DNA of 64,000 nt from Hypanus sabinus. Lineage: Eukaryota. The stretch lies in contig NC_082714.1 of assembly GCF_030144855.1 (NCBI RefSeq), positions 95,852,001 to 95,916,000 of the forward strand, in the 5' to 3' direction. How positions within the stretch are numbered: position 1 is the stretch's first letter; every line of letters begins with the position of its first letter. The notes under the pieces were generated by a model, which was not told where the DNA came from, did not search any database, and was given only the letters and a program-made list of their open reading frames with translations. Positions 26,939 to 39,424 of the stretch are shown one piece after another. The position numbers and the translations under genes are program-made.

Positions 26939-28588
26939 GTGAGAGGCGGGTTTGTTAACGCACGAATTACCCGCAAAAAAAAAAAAATGGTTGAAACGTT
27001 AACACTTCTTATGGTTGCAAATCACCCCGTAGTTTTATTCTGTCTATTACAGGTATCCTAGCGGTCCCAGTCCTCAATCAGACCCTAGTATCCGGTCCTG
27101 TCTCCGCGGGACAAACTGCCCGCTTAGAGTGCCGGATGCAGAACGGAAACGTTGGAAGTTACGTATTTGAGTGGGACCGACATCGTCCCGGGAAGAGACC
27201 GGAGGGAGTGATAAAGCATTGGGCGAATAATATCATTCGCAGAGGACCCGGCATCACCGAACGTTTCCAACCGTCCAGAGACACCTTCACGAACAGTCAC
27301 ATCCTGACCATCGGCAAATTGGAGCCCGGAGACTCGGCCGTCTATTACTGCAGAGTGTGGGAAAGTGGCGTGGCTTGGTTCTATGGACCGGGGACGATCC
27401 TGGAGATAAAGAGTAAGTAATCCTCTCGTTCTATATCAAATTAAGCTTCCGGAGAAATTCTCGTTTCAATCGTACTGTTCGCTGGCTCTACACTGGTGAA
27501 AGTATCGATTTGTCGAATTCTTCCACTTTTGATTCATCCTTTGAAATTTTCTCACGAAGCAGCAGGACTCGAAAGTCCATTCATTTAACCCGTTAATCCC
27601 TTCCTAATATTCCAAAAGTCCCCAACTCATCTTCCGCACTCAATTTAATAGATGTACATCGTGCAAACCAGTGTTAACTGGCATGATACATTATAAATCA
27701 AAATTTCGCAGTATGTGAAAGAGCAATGCGTCATTATTGCCAAATACAATAAAGGAAAATAAAAGACATTGAAGATGTCATAGAGAAAAAAGTTCTCACC
27801 ACTCTGAAACTTTCTGTATCTTCGTTACTTCGTGCTGCCTTATTGGACGGCGAGCTATCGATCTCTTCCCGGACCGCCCCTGTCTAAGAACGTCTAAAGC
27901 TACAATATCCATAACCACTTAACAGCTAGAAATAGATTTGCGGATTTGATGTTGTCTCCCCCACCCCCGCCCTCACGTAACCAGTCCCCAGGTACCTACT
28001 TCAGCAAAGAGAACAGGACAGTATCCAAATGTGTTAATTTACCAGACCTGACATAAGATGTGAGCAACAATTCCATGATAGCGTTTGTCGATGGGTCGAT
28101 TGGTCGTAGTCTGTCCCCAGCTTTTCACTAATTGTCTGAAGAGTTGGTGCATTATAATCATGGTCTGACGGGAGTTCGGTCAGTGGGTGGCGCTGTTTAG
28201 GAAATGCACAGGTCAATGATGATATTTTCCTCTCCTCCCACCACTTTTCTCACACACAGGTAGCGAGAGCAGAAAGCCCTCGGTTCTCCTGCTCCCTCCG
28301 TCCTCGGAGGAGACCGGTTCGGGTTCTGCCACCCTATCCTGCCTCGTGAGCGGCTTTAAGCCTGGATTGGTCGCGCTGCGCTGGAGCGTAGATGGCGTCG
28401 AGACAGAGAGTGGCGTGACGACAGGCGCCGTGTCCCTGGACACCGACCAGACCTACAGACTGAGCAGTTACCTGCGGGTTCCCGTCGCTGCCTGGAACAT
28501 GGGCTCGAACTATTCCTGCAGCGTGAGTCACAGCTCGCTGAGCTCGCCGCTGCGCAAAACCATCTCTTCATCCGCCTGTGCGCAGTGA
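26890..28588 (+). CDS. Immunoglobulin light chain, cartilaginous-fish type I (NS5/sigma-cart-like), germline-joined VJ; join(26890..26938,27053..27412,28260..28588), 245 aa, apparently intact
   Basis: Three exons with phase-1 GT-AG introns splice into one open frame of 738 nt: MSPVLHLLWALMVHLPG/ILAVPVLNQT...ECRMQNGNVG...W...DSAVYYC RVWESGVAWF YGPGTILEIK/SSESRKPSVLLLPP...SCLVSGFKPG...W...YSCSVSH...SSSACAQ*. The V-set, J and C1-set motifs and the penultimate interchain Cys are present. Isotype is assigned by resemblance to remembered type I sequences, not by a search. Confidence 0.93.
27053..27412 (+). CDS. IgL cluster 1 germline-joined VJ exon (360 nt)
   Basis: Acceptor TATTACAG| at 27052, donor AGA|GTAAGT at 27413. 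Contains C23, W41, DSAVYYC and YGPGT in one frame, with no heptamer/nonamer between V and J. Confidence 0.95.
28260..28588 (+). CDS. IgL cluster 1 constant (C1-set) exon
   Basis: Polypyrimidine tract plus CACAG| at 28259; KPSVLLLPP, ATLSCLVSGFKP, LRW, YSCSVSH, terminal CAQ*. Confidence 0.95.
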
Positions 28589-28704
28589 GAGTGTGCCTGC
28601 TGGGTGCGCACCAATGCAGTGAAACCTGCACTAGCGCTGTCTAGCTGCCGTCTGCAATGTAATTCTGTAACAAATATCCGTTTCTGGGAACTAAGAAAAT
28701 GCTT

Positions 28705-28710
28705 AATAAA
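28705..28710 (+). terminator. Polyadenylation signal of IgL cluster 1
   Basis: AATAAA 117 nt after the stop codon; an AATAAA sits at a similar distance in cluster 2 (57742). Confidence 0.7.
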
Positions 28711-30539
28711 TTTAGAGATGAATGTTTTGATCGCCCATCGCCCAATGTTTGCGACGTGTAATCCAATGTAGAATGTACCTCACACTGCTGTGTCTGAACT
28801 TTTGCTGTTTGCAAAATGGGGAGAGAACCTTCAGGAGATAATGACCGTATTGTGATTGAATTTTGTTACACAGTACTTAATAAAGAGACAACTCCGCGGC
28901 GGGTTTACAATGGATCTTTCTTTACTAGACTCCACTTTGAGCCCCGAATGAATTAGTAGCGAGTAACATGACATGCTTGAACTACAGTTCATAGACTTAC
29001 AGTCAAGTCCGTTTAAACGGCTTAACCGCCCCTCGTTATCAATGTCGATCTCTGTATACCACATCTTCAAGACCAGCAATCAACGTTAGTCAGCATATAC
29101 AGTTCAATGCATTAGGAATTTCCTCTGTTGTGTTGGCATGACATAAAGCAGAACATTGAAGAATTAAAAGGAATAATTATCAAAAATTGAAGTTAGAAGA
29201 TAAATTCAGTACATGGAATAAAATGTGCGCAAATGCACAAATGGCAGCATCTATGTACAATGCAAACAACATTATAAAATTAGCTTTGAAGTATTTATTT
29301 TACAGTGCAGTCACTGGGATAATAGATAGAGGTGTGGGTATTACTACACATGGTTGATCAGATTAACAACTCGGGGAAGTAACACAGACAAATTGCTGGC
29401 GGAAATCGTCATGTCCAACTGGATCTATGGAGAGCTCTCGGCTCGAACGTCAATAGTTTATTGCTTTCCACAGATGCTTCCTGTCCAGCTCCGTTCCTCC
29501 TGAATTTTGCATCTGCTGCTCCGATTTTCCAGCATCCACAGAATCTCTGAATTCCCTGGGCGGGGGTATAATTTTGAGGTGATTGAAATGGCGTGAAATG
29601 TTTGTTTTGATAGTTCTGAAATGCACTCCACTACGTTTTCTTTTCGGGAGGAAAGATAGTTTGCGAGGTGTGTAGTGTCTACAATGATTTTTTCTGCCCA
29701 TTTCTTTGTCCTGCTCACATACAAGTCATCCAGTGATGTTCGACTGTAGCAAATGGCATCGTCAGTTCATCTGGTATTATTTTGTCAGAGAATGCTGCAC
29801 CAAACCAGATAGTAATGGTGATGTGAGGCTGCTCTCTAGTTTGGCAGTGTAGAATTGCACATCCCGCCTTCACCTGTTCCTCTGCTTATTATCTTTCCAT
29901 CCCGCCCCCCGCACTTGTTTACCCTGCAAATCCTTACCTGTGTCCCACCCACTCCCTGACCACATCGTGTTCACATATCCGCCATTGCCTGAGGAAAATC
30001 TGACCTCCCACCATGAGTGGTACACTGTAAAGATGTTTCCCTGTATCTTGGATCTTACCTCCATCGGTGTTAGCGATTCGCTCAATCCATTCACGCATAA
30101 ATCTCAAAGCTTAAAACGCCCACTATTCTACCCCTTTTAAATACCGTTCATCTTCTGGGTGCGAGTGGGGGGCAGTGGTAATGACAATAGGTCATTTAAC
30201 CACCTGAATCTGTGACCTGACGACATCCGATGGGAAGTCTCTGCTCCATTTCGCATCCGTCCCTATTGACCCGCGCGGTCTTGTTCCGTGACAGAATTTC
30301 GATCGGAGGGATATTTAAAGATCGGGGAAAATTAATATAATTATATAAAGCACAGAATCCGGATAGATCTGTGTTGGATTCTGATAAACACAGTTACTCG
30401 TTCTGAAGTTACACTTCACTACTGTCCTGACTTTTCTTCATCAAGCCCATTTTATATCCAATTGGATGTCTCATCGCAAACATATGATGTTCTTGAGAAG
30501 CCTTCTATGACATATCTCTTTTAACTTCACCATGGAAAA

Positions 30540-31950
30540 CACTATCAGGATGCTGGACGCTCCAGAGGGTTAGGAGAAGAGGTCTGTGAACTTGGGATTA
30601 CCAGGGAGAAACATCTTGGAAAACTGAAAGCTCTGCATGTATATGGACCTGTTGGTATACATCCAGGGGCTCTGACAGTGGTGGCGAAGGGGATTGTGGA
30701 GGCATTACTAATGATGTTTGAAGAATAAATTGATTTTGGCATAGTTCCTGAGGAATGGACAATGGCAAATATCACTCCACTCTTCAAGACTGGAGAAAGG
30801 CAGTAGAAAGAAAAATATAGGCCAGTTAGCTTGACCTCAATGGTTAGAAAGATGTTGCAGTCGACTGTTAATTATGTGGTTTCGTGATAAAATAGTCCGT
30901 AGTCAGCGCGGTATACTTAAGGGAAAGATTTATCTGTCAAGTATTTTTGAATTCTTTGGCGATATGACATGCAGGTTAGACAATGGAGAATCGGCGGGTG
31001 TTGTGCACTTGGAGTTTCAAAAGAATTTTGACAAGGTACCACACATGGAGCTGCTAAACAAATTAAGAGCCAATGGTGTTTCAAGAAAGATTCTAGCATG
31101 GAGGAAGCATTGGATGATTGAAAGGAGGGAAAAGAGGAATAAAGCGAGCCTTCTCTGGTTGGCAGATAGTGACCAGTGGTGCTCCACAGGGTCTCTGATG
31201 GGACCGATTCTTTTTCTGTTATATGTCAATGACTTGGAATAAGGAATTGATGGCTTTGTGGCTGGTTTCTTAGAAGATTCGAAGAGAGGTGGAGGAACAA
31301 GTAGTCCTGAGGAAGTATAGAGGCTACTGATTGACTTAGACAGATGAGAGGAATCGGCAAAGAAGTAGCAGATGGAATACAGGATCATGCACCTTGGTAG
31401 AAGAAATAAAAGGGTAGACTATTTTCTACATGGATAGAAAATTCCAGAATTTGAGGTGCAAAGCGACTTGGGAGTTCTTGTGCAGGATTTCCAAGATGTG
31501 AATTTGCAGGTCGAGTCGGTGGTGAGGAAGGTAGCTGTGATGTTTGCGTTCTCATCAGGAGGACTAGAACATAACAGCAAGGATGTAATATTGAGGCTTT
31601 ATGAAGCACTGGTAAGGCCTCACTTGCAGTGCTGTGAGCAGCTTTGGGCCCCTTATCTAAGAAAGAGGTTGCTGCCATTGGAGAGGTTTCTTAGGGGGTT
31701 CGCGAAAATGTTTTCGGGAATGAAAGGCTTGTCAGATGAAGAAGGTTGGATGCCTCTGGGCCTGTACTCTCCGGAATTTAGAAGAGTAAGGGGTGACCTC
31801 ATTGAAACCGTCGAACGTTCAGAAGCATCGTCAGAGTGGAGATGGAGAGAATGTTCCCGATTTGGGTGAGTCCAAGACGAGAGAACACAGCCTCAAAATA
31901 GAGGCGCGTACTTTCAGAACGGAGCTGAGGAGGAATTCCTTTAGCCAGTG
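30540..31950 (+). mobile_element. Old CR1 ORF2 fragment predating the duplication (paralog 61590-63740)
   Basis: FQKNFDKVPH...; LYEALVRPHL...WAPYLRK; same position in both units. Confidence 0.85.
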
Positions 31951-32689
31951 TCACTCGGTTCGGATATGGCCAAAGTGCGGAGTGAGAGGCACTGAAGCTG
32001 GACGATAGTTCACAGACTTCAATGCGAACAGTTTTAAAGGGAAAAGAAAACAATAAACGCTAGGCCAAGCAAGGCTATTAACTAAATCTTTCAAATGGAA
32101 ATCGAAGCCTACGCTGTGGCTGAAAGGAATATCTAAATATAAAATAATACCGTTCGTCTTCAGAGTCAGTTGACTCGACAGCCAATTTCTCACGCCAGTC
32201 CGAATGCGATGTTGAAGTCGTATTACTGTGTTTAAATCACGACAAATATACGACGGAATAAATCGAGTTAAATGCTATCACAATGAAAAAATAATTTGCT
32301 GATACGTGCATATTCACGAACACAGTTGCCGTATCTGCTGAGCTGCCAAATCCATGGTTGTGACAGCCAGAGAGTGGTGAATCAGTGAAATTCGTTCGAA
32401 CAGGCGACTGTGGAGGCCATGTCACTGTATAACTAAGATAGAGCATGACAAGATTTTGATTAGTCTGGGCATGAAGGGATACAGGGAGAAGGCAGGAGAT
32501 CGAGACTCAGAAGGAAAATGGATCAGTCATGATGAGATGGCGTCGCATGCTTGATGGGTCAAATTGACTAATTCTACTTCTATATCTTATGGTAATATTC
32601 TTCCCATATGCTACATGCTGTTCGTCATCTCTTCAGACTTCACTTCACCGGACACAATATCCCACGGACAAAGCCATGAAGACTATCCC

Positions 32690-33190
32690 TAATCACTCCC
32701 TACCATTCCAAAGGCTGATAGATACTGACCCCAAGGAAATCCTCCGATAACTTGTCTTTACTTGACTTAAGATTTCTTAAGGATAGAGTTATATGGCTCT
32801 TTCCTGCAGCACTTATGAAAAGACAAATGATTAGCCACACACTGTTCTTTCGGTATCTCACTCCTGGGTGAGGGACATGTTGGAAGACATGTTGGACAAT
32901 ATGTTGGCGGAGACAAGTTGCCAGAAAGGATACGTTATCTTGGTAGCGAGGATGGGTGAGCACATGGTCGAAACGTCGGAGGGTAGCTGAGATCACAGGG
33001 GATGAGTAGAGAGGGGGGGGGAGAGAAGGGAGCGGGTAGGTATACCTCAAAGAGACTCGCAGTACAGTAGCAGATAAAAAAAAAAGAGATTCTTCAAACG
33101 TTGCAAATCCACAGCAGCACACACAAACTGCTGGGGGATCGCAGCAGGTCAGGGATTTTCTCTGGAAATGCATAAACAATCGACGTTCAA
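32690..33190 (-). mobile_element. Penelope-like element 5' fragment, decayed
   Basis: RFDHVLTHPRYQDNVSFLATCLRQHIV resembles the N-terminus of elasmobranch Penelope-type ORFs. Confidence 0.4.
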
Positions 33191-33358
33191 GTACGAATGG
33201 AATTGGAAAGGAAGGGAAACACGTCAGAATTTTTTTAAAGTTTCATTGATTGGCAAGGTCGCGTTTAATATGCGTTAGGTAAAACCCAGATGGATGGTAA
33301 AGGATATGAGAAGAATACATTTGATAGGAGGGGAGAGAGGGCCATAGGAGAACGAGAA

Positions 33359-33524
33359 NNNNNNNNNNNNNNNNNNNNNNNNNNNNNNNNNNNNNNNNNN
33401 NNNNNNNNNNNNNNNNNNNNNNNNNNNNNNNNNNNNNNNNNNNNNNNNNNNNNNNNNNNNNNNNNNNNNNNNNNNNNNNNNNNNNNNNNNNNNNNNNNNN
33501 NNNNNNNNNNNNNNNNNNNNNNNN
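33359..33524. other. Assembly gap (166 N)
   Basis: N run in a GA-rich tract; the paralog at ~1103-1131 is much shorter. Confidence 1.
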
Positions 33525-33739
33525 GATAGGTCCATGAGCATAAGAGGTAACAATGGGGAATAGAAGACGAAGAAAAGAGGAGAGGAAAAGAACTTATCTG
33601 GGTTCTCGCAGAACTCAAATGAGTTCACAACACATGCACACAGACAATTGGCAATAAATTCAGAAGAATAATCTCCAGTCATTTCCCTACCACTGCCGTG
33701 GGACTAGATGGTCTATCGGTTCCGTGATTAATTCCACAT

Positions 33740-34080
33740 GAGATTTTAAGAAACATATAAAATTATGAAAGGGAAGTTGCTTCTACTGATAGGTGAGACT
33801 AGAACTAGGAACCATAGTCTCAAGATTCGACTAAGAAGAAGAGGAACTGTTTTCCTCAGAAAGTAGTGAATCTGTGGAATTCTGTGCCAAATGAAGCATT
33901 CGGGGCTACATCAGTAAATATATTTAAGTCAAGGTTTGATAGATTTGTGCATAGTAGGGAAATTAAGAGTTATGGGGGTGGAGATGAGTCCATAGCCTGA
34001 TCTACCATCATCTTATGGAATGGCGAGCCGGCTTGACGGACCATATGGTCTACTCCTTCTCCTATTTCTTATGTTCTAAT
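33740..34080 (+). mobile_element. CR1 3' end
   Basis: Terminal CR1 pattern with TTATGTTCT tail. Confidence 0.65.
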
Positions 34081-34429
34081 GTTACATGACAAACATTACA
34101 GGGGTACATCGAGAAAGGAAACGAACTTTGATCTTACCATTGACTGGCAGATAAGGAAAGAAAACGCATAAGGAGAGAAATTTCTCTGGCCAGCAACTAA
34201 GATACGAAAGGCACTAGTGAAATGTAAGGCTGTTCCGTCGAATCGTTGCTGATATACTCAGAATGGATGCATGAAAGCAGTAAACAAGCAGCTCACACAG
34301 CTTATAAAGGAAACTATATAATCACGCTTCAAATAAGCAGGGCCACAGTCCGAGACTCACGGCTAGGTTAATTAGCTTTTGCACATTCTTCCGTGATTAG
34401 GTGAAGTTTAAATTGGGTTGCTGGGGGTT

Positions 34430-34750
34430 TCAGGCTGGTGTGGAGCGAAGAGTCCTCGACCCCTGGTAGCATCCTTCTAAATGTTTTCTGCACTCCTTCC
34501 AGTTTAATAACATCAATCATACAGCAGGACAACCAAAACGGAAAAAACAGTACTCGCGGTGTGGCCTCACTAGCCTCCTGTTCAACCGCAAAATTATCTC
34601 CCAAGCTCTCGGCTCAGTCACTCTGGGCAATAGTTTTGCTGAATATTCCCACTTCATGTGTCTTGCAACTTTGAAGCTTCGACATTCCAGAAATACAGTC
34701 CTGGACATACTGTTCTTCCTCCACTTATATCAGCTCTTAGAAAGCAGACA
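34430..34750 (-). mobile_element. CR1 fragment
   Basis: RLVRPHREYC and LEGVQKTFRRMLPG motifs. Confidence 0.65.
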
Positions 34751-34981
34751 AAATTCCCGTAAATCCAGAAACCGCGCTTTCAGAATAAACTTGGCTCGGT
34801 CACTGCGCGGCTCTCCACTGATACAGGGATGGTGGAACATTGAAGTTGTGTTGTTTGAATTGTAGGCAAGGTTTGATAGAGAAGAGGCTCTGATTTTTAG
34901 GTTAAGAGTGTATAAGCTGAGATTTGACTCTTTTGAAGACTATCTAACAGATTTCACGCTAAGCATTGCTAGTTTCGAAGA

Positions 34982-35320
34982 TACACTCGGTGGTCACTTT
35001 ATTAGGTACGCCTGTATGCCTCCTCCTTAATTTAAATATCTCATCCTCCAACCATGTGTCAGCAACAAGATGCCTAACAGTATACAGGCATGTCAGTAGG
35101 TTCAGCTGATTTTCAGACCAAACATCAGAATAGGGATGAAATGTGATCTCTGTGAACTTGGCCATGGAAGAAATTTTGGTAACAGACTGGATGGGTTGGA
35201 TATTTTAGTAAGTGCTGACCTCCTGGCTTCTTCACAAAGAACACTCCAGAGTTTACAGGGAATGGGGCTGAAGAACAGAACTTAAAATAATATAGTGAGT
35301 GACAGTCCTGTGGACTATAA
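34982..35320 (+). mobile_element. Tc1/mariner left-end fragment
   Basis: Starts TA-CACTCGGTGGTCACTTTATTAGGTAC (Tc1-type TIR), followed by a decayed HTH-coding region; right TIR not seen. Confidence 0.6.
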
Positions 35321-35409
35321 CACCTTAATGACAGAGAGCTCAGAGTCCAGTGGCCAGATTCGTTCAATCTGTCTGGAAGGCGAAATTGAATATCGATTTC
35401 TCGAAATTG

Positions 35410-35830
35410 TTATTGCTCTCCTCCTCTTAACCATTCCCCCATTTTGGCTTCCGTCCGTCACCATATCTCCTCACCAACTAATTAGCTCCCGCTGGTGTTC
35501 CTCCATTTTCCCTTTCTTCCATGATCCATCTCTGTACTCTCAGATTACACATTCTCCAGCCCTTTATCTCCTTCACAATTCTGCTTCCCCATCTCTTTAC
35601 ATCATCCCTCCTCCTCACCAGTTTCACCTGTCAACGACTACTTTGTGCATCTGTCTCGCCTCCCTCCACCTTCTTGCTCTGACAGCTCACCTTTTCTTTT
35701 TCCAGTCCTCATGAAGAGACTCGGCGCGAATCTTCGACTCTTTTCTACTTTTCCATTGATGCTGCCTGGCCTGCTGAAATTGTACAGCATGTTGTACGTG
35801 TTACTTTAATTTCCAGCATCTGCAGATTTT
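35410..35830 (+). mobile_element. Abundant elasmobranch short repeat (Penelope-associated end sequence)
   Basis: TTCCAGTCC..ATGAAG..TCGGC.CGAA...CTGCCTGGCCTGCTGA pattern; related copies at 36360-36545, 37490-37600, 54511-54611 and 55507-55738. Confidence 0.55.
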
Positions 35831-36589
35831 CTCGTGTTAGCACCTCAGGTAAGTACGTGTTACCACAGCGGTGTGCAGAATCGCATCTCTGGCCGCAAAA
35901 CACAGCAAAACCCGACGTGGGAGTTCTATAGAAACAAAAGAACACGAACATACGCGTAATGGATTTTTTATTCGGCAAAGGAGGACACTCAGTTTCTGAA
36001 AGCCAGCATGTGGAGCAATTGCGAGGCGGAGTTTAAGTAAGTTTTAAAAATGTAGTTATGAACTTTTACAGAGTAAAGGAATTTATTGCTAAAATGTTTC
36101 CATACCGAGGGCTCATCCACTTAGCCAACTCACAGTAAAATCTCAACTACTCTGAAAAAGAAAACCGTTCACTGAAGGTAAAAAAAAACGATGTGGATTT
36201 ACATGGAGCTCTTTTGTTCTGATCTGCATAATATTACAGACTTTGATAATAAAACAAGTTTTACGGGCATCGTAACAGAGACGATGCCTAAAAACGAAAC
36301 AAAAAAAATACAAAGAGGAAGCCACATTGCCAAATAATTTCATAGCGATGTGGAAGACACGCAAAGTGCTGTAGAACTCGGCAGATCACGTAGTCTCTAT
36401 AAAGGGAATAAGCAATCGACCTTTCGGGCAGAGAGACTTCATCATGACAGTTCGATCGATACTGTTTGACCTGCTGAGTTCTTTCAGCGTTTTCTATGCA
36501 TTACTCTGGATTTTTAGCATCTGCAGAATCTCTTGCGTTTTGGATCGCGACTAGACTACTGGCCTACACCAAGACTTGGGGCAAAAAAG

Positions 36590-37250
36590 ATACAATGATA
36601 AATTATAATAAGTATAAATTGGAATTCAGGGAACAGTTGAAATACTAAGGGACGTGGACTTGGAGAAAAAGCTTCTGTTTCTCCTATTGTGGCTACAACA
36701 CTCCGGCCAGACATAGTCCTGTGGTCCACAACAGCCAATCTGGCATATGTTGTGGAATTGACAGTACCACTGGAAGATGGCCCTGAAGAAGCTTATGAGA
36801 GAAAAAAAAGACCAAGTACTCTGAACTGGCAACTGAAGCTGCTCAGAAAGGCTGGAAGACCAGGAGTTTCCCTGTAGAAGTGGGATGCAGGGGATTCGTT
36901 GCTACGTCTACGACCAGTCCATTGAAGAAGGTGGGGAAAGTGTTGTCTCCCTCCAACGAGCAATCAAGTCCTTGTCAAATGCAGCAGAAGAAAGCAGCAA
37001 TTGGATATGGATTTAAAGGAAATACAACAACTGGGCTGCAAGATGAAGACAGGAGGGTACGGAACTGAGGGGTGTGTATCTGGGACGCCAGGCAGCACCG
37101 TTAAGCCCTCTGGAGACGTCGTGGGCTTATCAACGAAACGTCAAAGACGGAGGGTGCCCACCTGATGACCACGTCACCTCGTCACCACTGCCAACATCAA
37201 GGGTGCCAACTTTATCGTTGGGATTGAAACATCTAGTTGCTCTAATCTAC
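36590..37250 (+). mobile_element. Second HERO-like non-LTR element 3' end
   Basis: LRPDIVLWS...VVELTVPLEDGPEEAYERKK...GCRGF plus 3' UTR. Confidence 0.8.
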
Positions 37251-38499
37251 TAAGAATGGAAACAATACGGAGCTCGCTCGACGTGGTGAGCAGTTGGGGT
37301 GAATTTAATGCCAAAATATGTGGTCACGCGAGGGGAATGAAGCGGATGTATATTAAGATGTGTGAGATGGATAAAGGTGAGAGCGAGTTACTGAAGGGCA
37401 GAAGCAACATCAGGGAGAACGAGGGTCGAATGAATCTTCCGCGCTGTCGAAGTTTTGCAGGAGCTTTTAATAGCAGTGTTTAACTTTGAGACTAACGTGC
37501 ACAAAATGCTGGAATATCTCAGCAGGTCACGTCATATCCTTGGAGAGGAATAAGCAGATAACATTCTAGGTCGAGACCCTATCTGAGGACTGATGACTTT
37601 GAAAGTATTTGACGAAGAAGAGAGAAGATTGAAACAGAATTAAGATTTAATTCATAGAAAAATTGCTGGTTTGGAACAAAAATACCCATGTTGTACCATA
37701 ACGGAATCTGTGCTGGAGAGAGTTTTGACCTTCAATAAGAGGGAAACGAATACGCTTTGATGTGATGTCATTATAAATGTCCAGTGAACTGCGACAGGTG
37801 AACTCGCAGGCAAACTTACCCAGAATCTATCTATTTCGCATTTGTACACTTCAAAGACTGGCAAACAATTACAACAGTCAAGATTACCGCTTGATGTGGA
37901 AAACTTGACCGAACTAGTGTGGGTTCCTGCATTCGTCGCATGAGCGCTGCTACCCATAGGTCGGCAGATTGTACTTCATGTTAAGTGACGCACTGGAAGG
38001 CACGGCAAAGCAGAGAAAGCATATTTATGGAAATGATCCTCAAACACAGTGCTCTATGTTGCGCCTTATTTAACGGGACATTGAAATATAAACAATTCTC
38101 TGATCTAACTAAATACTAAAAATAGAAAAATAACTCTGGAGGAATATCAGGACACAGATCACCTCTAACAGGATGTGCTTTGATATTTAAGGTTACTTCA
38201 ACGAATCCCGCAAAATTCAGAAGGCCCAAAGACATAGAAGCAGAATTAGCCATCGGTCCGCTCCGCCATTGCACCATTGTCCTGCCTTCCTCGGTATCGC
38301 TCGACTTCCTTACTAATCAAAAACCCATCAATCTCCTTTTTAAATATAGCCAATAACTTGACCTCCATAGGCGTCTGTGACAATAAATTCCACAGGCTTA
38401 CAGTACCCCGGCCTTCATCTGGACCCTCTCCATTACCAGTGCATCACTTTTCAAACTGGGGGCCAATAGGCTGTTCAGAATTTTCCAAGGGACTCTGCA

Positions 38500-38890
38500 G
38501 TATGTCAGCGCCATGGGAATCATCATTCATTCTGAACTACATTCGATGTTGGAACATGGTGACTGCAAGACAGCTCAGAGGCTGGGAATCCCAGACGACG
38601 AGCATTTATTGGCAGCACAATGCATTTCAACCTTCGCACAGGTCACAATTTCACTGGAATTCTCTCTACTGGCCTCTGTCGGTGCAGTTCCGACAACTCG
38701 AATACTGTGTTATCCAGTGCACGGTAGATGTAAAATTCACTGCAGTATCACACTAGACCATTTCTGTAGCTCTTCCCAGACCCTGGCCAAGATGTTCAAG
38801 TGTAGCAAGCACGATCTTCTGGCTCAGAAATATACCCGTGTCCTTCAATATCTCCTGGTCTAAACCTTGCAATTCTCTCCCGTGGATCGC
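38500..38890 (+). mobile_element. L2/Jockey-group LINE RT C-terminal fragment
   Basis: AQRLGI...HLLAAQCIST.AQV.ISLEFS.LA..GAVPTT matches the typical AGQRLGIL...HLLTPQSLST.KAQVRSVMEYSPLAW..AAPTT pattern. Confidence 0.65.
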
Positions 38891-39424
38891 GAAATAGATT
38901 TACAAGAGGGTCTCCAATAAATACAGTCGACTAATCGCCAGCTTCTGTGGAGATTTCGGCAAGAGGACACGAATGCTAGTTTTCTGAGTAATATAATTCT
39001 CTACATGCCGGAAACTATGAACGAACCACGCTCTGTTTGGAAGTCTCTCTGAACAATGTTCCATTGCCTTTTGACATTGTCATTTTCTTTTGCTGAAGGA
39101 TATCTGGCGCACTGACGTTCCCTGTCGATATATAAAGTAACTCCATACGCAGAGCAGAATATTTGGCGAGCCCTACCTGAAATGGCTACCGTACCTCTCA
39201 ATTTAAGGTCACCTGCGGATAGAGACACAAGATATTTTTACTTGTAAATAAATAAAGAAAACACCTTGGAATTTAACTTGGCTAACGTGGAACATCCCTG
39301 AGCAAGTAAGTACAACCGAAAATGACGGTACATTTTTAAACTGCAGGCAATGTGTACATTAAGAATTCCTTCGATTCTCTAGTAGATATTTTTAATTTAT
39401 TGCTGATATTTCCCAAAACTGAAG

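Larger units (their letters stand above)
1..32165 (+). repeat. Tandem segmental duplication unit 1 (includes a truncated extra unit at ~1-11.3 kb)
   Basis: Collinear blocks with unit 2: 1-1300/32166-33600; 17280-18070/48440-49300; 21970-22950/49550-50600; 25070-29720/53440-58720; 29870-31950/60940-63560. Confidence 0.85.

Noticed and set aside
36080-36350. Exon-like segments with AG/GT boundaries
   Set aside because: Stops in most phases and no recognisable protein motif.
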